DNA of 64,000 nucleotides from assembly GCA_040954595.2 (NCBI GenBank), contig JBECUI020000039.1, forward strand, positions 72,396 through 136,395, written 5' to 3'. Below the pieces are notes generated by a model that was given only the letters and a program-made list of their open reading frames with translations, had not been told where the DNA came from and did not search any database. Source of the DNA: Balanoglossus misakiensis. Its lineage: Eukaryota > Animalia > Hemichordata. A program made the position numbers and the translations under genes. Each line of letters opens with the position of its first letter. Positions within the stretch are counted from its first letter, which is position 1. Of this stretch, positions 55,887 to 64,000 are shown piece by piece.

Positions 55887-56156
55887 CTACAAGTTGCTAC
55901 TATATGGTAATGATTTTATATAGTTTTCCATAAATTGCCAATCTGGTTCATATCCTCCTTTGGAATTTTGTTTTGTTGGAAGTTTTATTTTTGTTTGTTT
56001 TATACGTGTTTGTGAAAATTTCCTACCATACCCGTATCGAATTTTTTCTAAGTTAATCACTGTTTGAATGAATATGGCAATATGAGAATTCATGGTAAAT
56101 TTTGGGATTAATTTTTCAACATGATCAGAAACAGCAAAACCCAATACCTTACTATT
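55887..56156 (-). pseudogene. 5'-truncated restriction-modification specificity (S) subunit remnant
   Basis: Only the last TRD half is present: FAVSDHVEKLIPK...FIQTVINLEKIRYGYGRKFSQTRIK..KIKLP...PDWQFMENYIKSL. An in-frame TGA lies 5 codons upstream of the TTG at 56144; no M or R gene. Confidence 0.7.
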
Positions 56157-56239
56157 TCACGAAGTCTCTATTATCTCTATAAGACAATCCACTTTCCCAC
56201 CGTTTACCCAATCCCACTCTACATGATAATATAGAAGGC

Positions 56240-57547
56240 ATGATCCATCCGGTAATATGGCAAAACACACGAGAATCAACACGGAAGAAAATTCTTAGTC
56301 GCCCGTATGCATCAGAGAATGCACAACGTGTGAATGCAGTCAAAAAGATTATTGAACAGGTACAACGGAAAGGAGACCAGGCGCTTATTGATTATACAAA
56401 ACAGTTTGACAAGGTCGATCTCATAAACAAACCAATACGGGTAAGCGAAGGGGAAATTGCAGACGCATATGCGCAGCTTCCTGCAAAACTTCGCCTTGCA
56501 ATTGATTTTGCGATAGAGAATGTCCGAACAGTTACTCGCAATCAGTATGCAAGTACTGAAGACTGGCAGGAAGTCCAGCAGGGAACATTTGTCCAACACT
56601 TGCAGAAACCACTGGATTCAGTCGGCTTATATATTCCACAGGGCAAGGGAAAATTTCCATCTATGGTATACATGCTCGCCGTTCCAGCAGAAATTGCCGG
56701 AGTTCGCCGCCGAATTATGGTCTCCCCACCCAATGAACACGGCAATGTCGATCCCGCCTGCATTTATGCAGCAGATCGGTGTGGGATCCACGAGATATAC
56801 CGCATCGGCGGCGCACAGTCGATTGCCGCAATGGCATTCGGCACTCAGAGCATTCCCGCAGTAGACAAGATTCTCGGACCCGGGAGCCTTTATATCAGCA
56901 CCGCCAAAGAGATCCTTGCCGACATAGTCGATACCGGACCGCCGACCGGCCCCTCGGAGGCAATCGTTGTTGCAGACTACACCGCAAATCCCCAATCGGT
57001 CGCCCTTGATCTCCTCGTTGAAGCAGAACACGGACACGATTCCAGCGCATTTTGTATTACACCCGACACCACATTAGCAAATCGCATTATCACCATGCTA
57101 CCGAATATGATACAAAACAACAGCGAGCCACGAAGAAGTTTCTTGCAGAGTGTTTTTTTCCGCAAGGGGAGCATTATTATAGTTGATACATTGCACACCG
57201 CCTTTGATATTGTTAATCAGTATGCCCCTGAGCACCTTCTACTACATATTGAAAACGTAGACAGACATTTGCCGAAAATTCATAATGCAGGAGAAATAAT
57301 TATTGGCCCCTATGCCACCTTCAGTCTAGCGAACTATGCCGTTGGAACCAATGCCGTCTTGCCCACCGGCGGATCAGCAAAAACTCGCTCAGGCATTAGT
57401 GTACGCGATTTTCAAAAAACCATTCCCGTCATCCGAATGAACAAGGAAGGCTTCGTAACAATGGCACGCCATGTGGCAACACTTGCCGAATACGAACAGT
57501 TTCCGAACCATGCACAAGCAATAACAAAAAAAGATTTTTTCTCCTAG
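56240..57547 (+). CDS. hisD: Histidinol dehydrogenase family protein (divergent HisD homolog)
   Basis: GDQALIDYT..FD, IGGAQSIAAMAFGT, DKILGPG, GPSE, AEHG, APEHL, GTNAVLPTGG; the Zn-site residues are altered. Confidence 0.85.
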   Translation: MIHPVIWQNTRESTRKKILSRPYASENAQRVNAVKKIIEQVQRKGDQALIDYTKQFDKVDLINKPIRVSEGEIADAYAQLPAKLRLAIDFAIENVRTVTRNQYASTEDWQEVQQGTFVQHLQKPLDSVGLYIPQGKGKFPSMVYMLAVPAEIAGVRRRIMVSPPNEHGNVDPACIYAADRCGIHEIYRIGGAQSIAAMAFGTQSIPAVDKILGPGSLYISTAKEILADIVDTGPPTGPSEAIVVADYTANPQSVALDLLVEAEHGHDSSAFCITPDTTLANRIITMLPNMIQNNSEPRRSFLQSVFFRKGSIIIVDTLHTAFDIVNQYAPEHLLLHIENVDRHLPKIHNAGEIIIGPYATFSLANYAVGTNAVLPTGGSAKTRSGISVRDFQKTIPVIRMNKEGFVTMARHVATLAEYEQFPNHAQAITKKDFFS

Positions 57548-57551
57548 TTCT

Positions 57552-58865
57552 ATGTTGCAAACATTAGATGATGTATTTAGTTATTTTGAAGGCTTCATCA
57601 ATCTGGAGCGAGACCCCATACTTCGAGAATACAATTTGGAACGCATGGAAATGCTGGTACAGGACTTTGCCCACCCCGAAGAAGGCAGAAGCTATATTCA
57701 CATTGCCGGCAGTAAGGGCAAGGGCTCGACCTCCATCATGCTTGCAGAAATACTCGCCCATCAAGGCAACCGAGTCGGACTCTATACATCACCCCATCTT
57801 CTGAGTTACCGCGAGAGAATTCGTATTATTGACCACTCAGGAAAATGCTCGGAAGAAGAAATTGATGACATCATTATTGCACAGGCAAATCTGATATACA
57901 CGTATGTAAAAAAGCTATCCCCCATCGACCCGCCGACCCTCTTTGAATTTCTGACCCTCTTGGCATTTCTCGTCTTCAAGAAGAGCGGCTGCAGGTATGT
58001 CGTTATGGAAACAGGATTAGGAGGAAGAATTGATGCAACCAATATCGTCTCGACTGAAATGAGCATTATTACCAGTCTTGAGTTGGAACATCAACATTTT
58101 CTCGGTCCCGACATTGCATCCATTGCAAGAGAGAAAGCCGGCATCTGTAAGCGCAACAAAGCACTCATCTATGCCCCGCAGAACCCGGAAGCCGAGAACG
58201 TTATTGTGAAACAGGCAAAAAAAATGAATTCCCCCTTGTACAAGGTGAGCGACTATATGCATTACAACACCAGCCGCATCAGTAATGAGGGAACAAGTGC
58301 TACCGTCTATCTTGATAAGAACGGGAAGTACGAGAAAAACGATCTGCATCTACGATTAGTCGGCGAACATCAATGTACCAATGCTATGACCGCATTGCTA
58401 GCAGCCCATCTTATCTTTCCACAACAGCCCATCAAGAAGTTTATTCCCGCACTCAAAGATGCATGGCTACCGGGACGGTTTGACATTGTATCTACCAAGC
58501 CCCCCCTAGTGTATGACATAGCGCACACACCCCGGTCCATTGCAAACACCATAGAAAGTTTTACGACCATCTTCCCCATCGGGGGGGCAGCCATTTTTGC
58601 AGCAACACGCGACAAGGACAGCATCACCATGATAACCATCCTCAAGGAGCGGTTCAAACACATCATTATCACCCAGCCGACAAATCATCCGCGTTTTACC
58701 AATCAGCAGTCACTCGTTATCCTCTCCGACAATACGCAGTACATACCGGATACGTACCAAGCACTTCAACGAGCCCGCCAAATATGCCCAGAAGGACCGA
58801 TCCTGGTTACCGGGTCGACCTTTCTCGTTGCTGAAATTATGCAAAGGGATAAAACATGTCTCTAA
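57552..58865 (+). CDS. folC: Folylpolyglutamate synthase/dihydrofolate synthase
   Basis: HIAGSKGKGST, YTSPHL..YRERI, ETGLGGRIDATN, IAREKAGI, WLPGRF, DIAHTP, VTGSTFLV. Confidence 0.93.
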   Translation: MLQTLDDVFSYFEGFINLERDPILREYNLERMEMLVQDFAHPEEGRSYIHIAGSKGKGSTSIMLAEILAHQGNRVGLYTSPHLLSYRERIRIIDHSGKCSEEEIDDIIIAQANLIYTYVKKLSPIDPPTLFEFLTLLAFLVFKKSGCRYVVMETGLGGRIDATNIVSTEMSIITSLELEHQHFLGPDIASIAREKAGICKRNKALIYAPQNPEAENVIVKQAKKMNSPLYKVSDYMHYNTSRISNEGTSATVYLDKNGKYEKNDLHLRLVGEHQCTNAMTALLAAHLIFPQQPIKKFIPALKDAWLPGRFDIVSTKPPLVYDIAHTPRSIANTIESFTTIFPIGGAAIFAATRDKDSITMITILKERFKHIIITQPTNHPRFTNQQSLVILSDNTQYIPDTYQALQRARQICPEGPILVTGSTFLVAEIMQRDKTCL

Positions 58866-60226
58866 ACTGGAAGGAAATTAATCTCATCCTCTCGGAACTT
58901 GAACTGGACGGGGGCTATATTGAAGAGTGGGTACAGAGCAATTTTCGTAATCTTTACTTTCGTTTCTGCCGTCCGGGCTTTCGCTGTTGGATACGCATTT
59001 GTTTTGAAAACCAACAAACCGGTCTGCATGCCTGTAGCTACAAACCCAAGCGACCACAGAAGCCCTTGCGCTTTTGCGACCTCCTTCGTTCCCGCTATCG
59101 GGGCAAGATTATTGCAGTCGACCATCCTGATAACAACCGCGTTCTCCGCTTTCACATGAGTTGCAAACAGGAAGAATTATACCTATACCTACGCCTCTGG
59201 GAGGGAAGCGCCGGCAATATTATTGCAAGCGATGCACAGAATAACATCATTGACCTGCTCTATCGAAAGAAAGAGATTCGTATCGGCAGTCAGTTTGAAC
59301 TAGAAAGTGCGCAGGCACCCGAGAAGAGCATCCGCCCCTATAATAAGGAAACACAGGATTTTAACGAGGCCATCGAACAGAGCACAAGTGCAAAGAAGGA
59401 CAATGAAGAACATGAGCGCCTTCTCAGGCAAGTAGAACAATGTTGCACCAAACGTCGTTCGTATTTTAAGCGTACCATACAGGAACTCAATGCCCAACTC
59501 CGTAACTGGGATCTTGTTCAGCAATACCGAAGCCATGGAGATCTCATTATGAGCCATCACCCACCGAAAGGAAGTAGCACACTAGAAGTCGATAACAAAC
59601 TCATCACCCTAGACAAAACAAAAGAGCCACACGAAAACGCCGCAATCTTCTACATGCAGGCACGCAAACTAAAAGAGCGACTAAAGCATACCGAACAGCG
59701 CTTACAGCGAAGCGAAGATGAATGGAAACGCTTTGAAGCAGCCGCAACAAGCATTGATCCGAACAATAGTACCGAGTTACAGAAGTTCCTCAAGCATTAC
59801 GAACAGCAACGACAAATCCGCAATCAAGAGACCGACACCCCGGGACTTCGCTTCTATTCAGCAAGTTATATCTTGTTGGTCGGACGTGATGCCAAGGAAA
59901 ATGATGCCCTCCTTCGCAAGCATACGCGTGGCAATGATATATGGTTCCACGTTCGTGATTATCCAGGTAGTTATGTATTCATTCACAATCGGCAGAAAAA
60001 AAATCCGCCGCTCAATGTTCTTCTCGATGCGGCAAGTCTTGCACTGTTCTTCAGCAAAGGACGGAAAAACGGGCAAGGTGATATCTACTACACCCATGTC
60101 AAATACCTCAGGCGGGCAAAACACGGAATCTTCGGCACAGTTATTCCCCATCAAGAGAAGAATATACATATAGTTCTCAACCAAGAGCGCCTGAGCAAAC
60201 TCGGGATCGGGAATGCGGTTCAGTAG
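58856..60226 (+). CDS. NFACT/RqcH (fibronectin-binding protein A-like) family protein
   Basis: MSLNWKEI, NRVLRF, GNIIASD, ENAAIFY, VGRDAKENDALL, WFHVRDYPGSYVFI, AASLALFFSK. Confidence 0.88.
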   Translation: MSLNWKEINLILSELELDGGYIEEWVQSNFRNLYFRFCRPGFRCWIRICFENQQTGLHACSYKPKRPQKPLRFCDLLRSRYRGKIIAVDHPDNNRVLRFHMSCKQEELYLYLRLWEGSAGNIIASDAQNNIIDLLYRKKEIRIGSQFELESAQAPEKSIRPYNKETQDFNEAIEQSTSAKKDNEEHERLLRQVEQCCTKRRSYFKRTIQELNAQLRNWDLVQQYRSHGDLIMSHHPPKGSSTLEVDNKLITLDKTKEPHENAAIFYMQARKLKERLKHTEQRLQRSEDEWKRFEAAATSIDPNNSTELQKFLKHYEQQRQIRNQETDTPGLRFYSASYILLVGRDAKENDALLRKHTRGNDIWFHVRDYPGSYVFIHNRQKKNPPLNVLLDAASLALFFSKGRKNGQGDIYYTHVKYLRRAKHGIFGTVIPHQEKNIHIVLNQERLSKLGIGNAVQ

Positions 60227-60234
60227 GGAATCGG

Positions 60235-61017
60235 TTAAATAAGACTCTTTTCTTTCAATTCCAGCTGCAAACGCTCTTGATATGCCTTATAGGCACCTTC
60301 GTCTTGCTTTGCACTGCTGCCGTAATAGATAAATCCTAATGCCTTTCTCGTGCGATCCTTACTTCTATTCGCCTCTGCTCGATGAATGGTCAGAGAATGA
60401 TGTGCAATTAAATGCCCCGCCTTACAGGGGAAGGGGATCTCGTTATCAATGTCGTTCTGAATACCGAAATCAGCTATAGATTGGGAAAATCCGAGAATGC
60501 CACTGCGTGCATGTGCGCGCATTCCCCATTTATGAGAGCGATCAATATATCGGACACAGCCGGTTAGCTCGTCCACCGGTTCCAAGGAAAGCCACATGGT
60601 CAATGCGTGGTTCGGCCGGAGCATAAAGAAATACCCATCTTGATGGGGTGGAGTTTCTTTTCCAATGCTCGGCGGCTTATTGAAATACTGCATGTTTTTC
60701 CCCACAACCTTCTCGCCTAAAAGAATGTTTGCAACTTCTTCAAAACTACTGCCAAACATAAGATTATAAAAGAAGTCATCATGATTAAACAAATGCTGTA
60801 TCTGCTTCAGTGTAGCAGGATCCGCCTTGTCCTCGTAGAAAACTTCTTCCTGGGCAACCGTAGGCAATTTCTTGTCAATAAACTGTTCCAGTTTTTTATT
60901 GAGCTCTTGGATATCCTTCTCTTGCAGAAATCCCGGAATAGAAAGATAGCCATGCTCATCAAAAAAATTCTTCCACCCTTTGGATTGTGCAGAACTAATG
61001 GTTTGTTTTTCCACCAT
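60235..61017 (-). CDS. Phytanoyl-CoA dioxygenase (PhyH) family Fe(II)/2-oxoglutarate dioxygenase
   Basis: FFDEHGYL, FNKPP, TPPHQDG, WLSLE, GCVRYI..SHKWG, HHSLTIHRAEANRS..TRKA. Confidence 0.9.
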   Translation of the reverse strand: MVEKQTISSAQSKGWKNFFDEHGYLSIPGFLQEKDIQELNKKLEQFIDKKLPTVAQEEVFYEDKADPATLKQIQHLFNHDDFFYNLMFGSSFEEVANILLGEKVVGKNMQYFNKPPSIGKETPPHQDGYFFMLRPNHALTMWLSLEPVDELTGCVRYIDRSHKWGMRAHARSGILGFSQSIADFGIQNDIDNEIPFPCKAGHLIAHHSLTIHRAEANRSKDRTRKALGFIYYGSSAKQDEGAYKAYQERLQLELKEKSLI

Positions 61018-61103
61018 AGTACCCCCTTATATGCTATGATACTCTTATAGTAACAATACATAGTTATACTATGTCAATAGCATTGTAGTCTGGAGAAAAT
61101 AAA

Positions 61104-61957
61104 ATGATTGTAACAAATAAGGAACTATTGGAACGAGCAAAGGCAGGGCAATATGCCGTTGCCGCGTTTAACACAAACAATATGGAGTACACCCAAGCCA
61201 TACTTGCAGCAGCAGTAGAATTGCATTCCCCCGTTATTATTGCAGCGGCAGAACGGGAGGTCGCCTACATGGGGGGAGCAGTATTTGTAGCGATGGTGCG
61301 GGCAATGGCAACAAGACTGCCAGTTCCCGTCAGTATCCATTTGGACCACGGAAGAAGCTTTGAGACCCTTATGCGATGTCTGAGGGATGGATTTACATCT
61401 GTTATGTATGATGCCTCCGCGTTGCCTCTGGATGAGAATATTGCTCATACAAAGAATGTTGTTGCCGCCGCCCATGCTTGTGGGGTATCGGTAGAAGGAG
61501 AAGTCGGACTTATTGGGCAAATGGAAGATGGACCAGAGGGAGAAAAGAATGAAGGCGGCAGCATTGCGGATCCCGCACAATGCGAACAACTAGTAAAAGA
61601 AACAGGTCTGGACAGTTTAGCCGCCGCTATCGGCAATGCACACGGGTTCTACACTGCTAAACCCGAGCTGCGTTTTGATGTACTCATGGACATTGCAAGG
61701 CGAACTGAAATTCCTTTGGTTCTCCATGGGGGAACTGGAATTCCCGTGGAGGATCTGCAACGTGCCATTACCCTCGGTGTGTCCAAAGTCAATTTTAGTG
61801 CCGTCTTACGGCAAGGATTCATTCGTACCCTGGCAGATACATTAGAGAAGAATCCCGACGAATTGGATGTCATGAAGGTCATTACTCCTGCAAAACAGCG
61901 GGTTACGGAATTGCAAAAGAACATATTCGTATGTGTATGAGCACCAACAAAGCATAG
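61104..61957 (+). CDS. fba: Class II fructose/tagatose-bisphosphate aldolase (apparent frameshift at ~61910)
   Basis: YAVAAFN, HLDHG, GFTSVMYDAS, VSVEGEVG, AIGNAHG, LVLHGGTG. Adding one A gives the C-terminus EIAKEHIRMCMSTNKA* (TAG at 61957). Confidence 0.88.
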
Positions 61958-61993
61958 AGAGCAGAGAAATTGCTTGAATATTATGCAATGCTA

Positions 61994-62023
61994 TTGACAA
62001 TACTATGAAAACACTTATACACT
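61994..62023 (+). promoter_or_regulatory. Putative sigma70 promoter for the DbpA-domain gene/infA
   Basis: TTGACA-18-TACACT. Confidence 0.45.
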
Positions 62024-62071
62024 ACAAGATAACTATAGCGTAATAGTTACAAACTAAGGGAGATATATTAC

Positions 62072-62518
62072 ATGAAGCATATGGTACAGGATGAAGCATC
62101 ACTCAAACAAGCAATTCAAACTATTTTGAAAGCGATTGATGAATCAGAGAACCCAGTAGAACTTAGCGCTTATAAGAAGTTTTTCCAAAAACACGTTCCA
62201 TTGACACGTCGTTCATATGTGGCAGCATACCTATTAAAGTATCAGTCACCACAACGACGAGCTACCACCGCCATAGAAGCAAAGAAACTGTTTCTAAGCA
62301 TCGGTAGACAACAAAAGGTAACGTCAAGCGATATAAGAGAATTTTTTGAACAAGTACGGGGCATTAGCCGGAAGGACATCAAAACAATAGCAATACACCG
62401 AAACTTTTCTTTCGTTGGTATTCAAACTGAGAAAACAAAATCAGCAATTGATGCTCTGGATGGGAAAGAATTAAACGGCAGAAAAATAGTTGTTAGTCTT
62501 GCCCGTAGACAAGAATAA
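62072..62518 (+). CDS. DbpA RNA-binding domain protein
   Basis: [15 protein letters not shown]; [13 protein letters not shown]...NFSFV...[21 protein letters not shown]. Confidence 0.8.
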   Translation: MKHMVQDEASLKQAIQTILKAIDESENPVELSAYKKFFQKHVPLTRRSYVAAYLLKYQSPQRRATTAIEAKKLFLSIGRQQKVTSSDIREFFEQVRGISRKDIKTIAIHRNFSFVGIQTEKTKSAIDALDGKELNGRKIVVSLARRQE

Positions 62519-62529
62519 CGGAGGGATTA

Positions 62530-62745
62530 TTGAAAGAAGATGCAATAGAAGTAGATGGAATTGTGCGTGAATCATTGCCTAATACAATGTTTCGAGTGGA
62601 ACTAACAACAGGTAATGTTATATTGACCTATTTGGCAGGTAAACTCCGGAAACATTATATTCGCATTGTCCCCGGAGATAAGGTGCGGGTAGCTTTATCT
62701 CCTTATGATCTTACCAAGGGAAGAATTATTTACAGAGAACGATAA
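62530..62745 (+). CDS. infA: Translation initiation factor IF-1
   Basis: [24 protein letters not shown]...[27 protein letters not shown]; TTG start. Confidence 0.97.
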   Translation: MKEDAIEVDGIVRESLPNTMFRVELTTGNVILTYLAGKLRKHYIRIVPGDKVRVALSPYDLTKGRIIYRER

Positions 62746-62772
62746 ACACAGATTATATTTGCATAATCAGAT

Positions 62773-64000
62773 TTAATCTGCATAATCACCTGTATACAGA
62801 AGTGCCTTTTTTTCTATCCACCCCTCGACTCCATAGGAAGTCGCAATACGGTAAAAGTTTCTGTATTCTCCTCGTACATCGACTGTTAGTCCAGCAGGAA
62901 GCATAAACCATGCACGGGTATCCTCTTCGGGTATCCGTTTAATGCTGTATTCCGAACCCAGCACCACTCCAATATCCGGAGTAGATAGCTGAATCGAGTT
63001 CAGAAAACATAATGCTTCCAACGACACAGAATACAACGACAACACTACTAAAGAGCACTAATGCGGCATAACGTTTTCTCAATGCAATAATTGCTATAAT
63101 GCCGCTTCCTATATTCCAAACGATGAGTAAGAGAATGAAAATACTATCCGGCGACCAGAATTGCGGGACAGGTGCCTGCCGCATAAGATCACCCTCCTCC
63201 TCAACACTGCGAAGAACATTATGATAAACAGGATTGGTAGAATCCAGTGCAAGTGCGTAGCGTAATTCAAATATCGCCTCCGGCACTCTTTCTATAGCAA
63301 TGTAGCAAAGTGCCAAATTATAGTGCAAACCCGATACATCCGGGTATTCATTTGTTAAGGCTACAAACTCTTCTAATGCCTCAGTGTAGTTTTCCTGATT
63401 ATAAGTCGCAACAGCGGCATCAATATCACCTGGTGGAGGTAACGAGATTGCCGCCATAAACAGAATTATTCCCCCAGTAAAAAATCCAAGCATTGCACTG
63501 ATATGTTTGTGCAGGATAATAAAGAGTATCAGCAATGCCCCGGGCAGAAAGAAAAGATACATAAGCGGAGTGCGATGGTACTGTGTTGATACCGTCTCTA
63601 ACACCTCATCGCCGCTCATAATAGAAAAGAAATAACGAACATCTTCTGTCGGTTCTGCAGAAATAGTAATGCTGTAATCCTGCGCCGCAGTACTCCGAAC
63701 CTCATTATTCGCTACATCCAAACTATGAAACTCAGGGATCCGAATCCGATACACCCCACCTTCTGGTGCATCATAGGTAATCCACACCGTCCGTGTACCG
63801 GCATATCCCCCCTCTTGTGCGACTGTCTCGTTTATCTCCTCTCGGGCAGTTTCAATAAGGTCTGTAACCACCGGCTCAGGAATGTTGATAAACGGCAAGT
63901 TGCCGAGACCACCAACAAGCAGGGATAATTTGATTGATTCCCCCAGTGTCGCAGTCTGGGTTGATACAAAATGGCTAAACCGGATATCACCGATAGCAGC
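62773..64000 (-). CDS. BatD/BatE-like protein (BatD-like region, TPR, SH3); runs off the window end; apparent frameshift at ~63005
   Basis: The frame is open from 64000 (AAIGDIRF...GLGNLPF). TPR YNQENYTEAL...HYNLALCY. The SH3-like tail IKRIPE...LPAGLTV...GVEGWI lies in the adjacent frame (62773..63045). Confidence 0.7.

Overview
This is a bacterial chromosome segment, inferred to be from a spirochete on the basis of gene order (tRNA-Thr/tRNA-Trp-secE-nusG-rplK-rplA; recJ-rpsU; FtsB-like/acidic protein/tandem DUF115/GGDEF-like; GldAFG-DUF4340; rnz-fabV) and spirochete-type lipoprotein signal peptides. Positions 1-35.0 kb and 56.2-64 kb are mostly housekeeping genes. About six apparent single-base frameshifts there look like long-read indel errors. 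Between fabV and a divergent hisD homolog lies a ~21 kb accessory island (35.2-56.2 kb). It carries two giant FN3/Ig/GLUG surface lipoprotein genes (2681 and 2080 aa), each with its own sigma70 promoter preceded by a 19-20 nt poly-G tract and its own terminator. It also carries an AT-rich nuclease-NACHT/STAND gene (Avs/bNACHT-like) and a restriction S-subunit remnant. The island is punctuated by three co-oriented arrays of an unrecognised ~153-155 bp non-coding repeat (10 units plus one fragment). Each giant gene is bracketed by a matched pair of repeat subtypes, and removing both genes in silico restores one continuous ~154 bp-period array. The best candidate for an undescribed system is therefore a repeat-array 'landing pad' that takes up or excises phase-variable surface-protein cassettes. 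No recombinase is visible in the window. All product calls come from motif recognition; no database searches were run.
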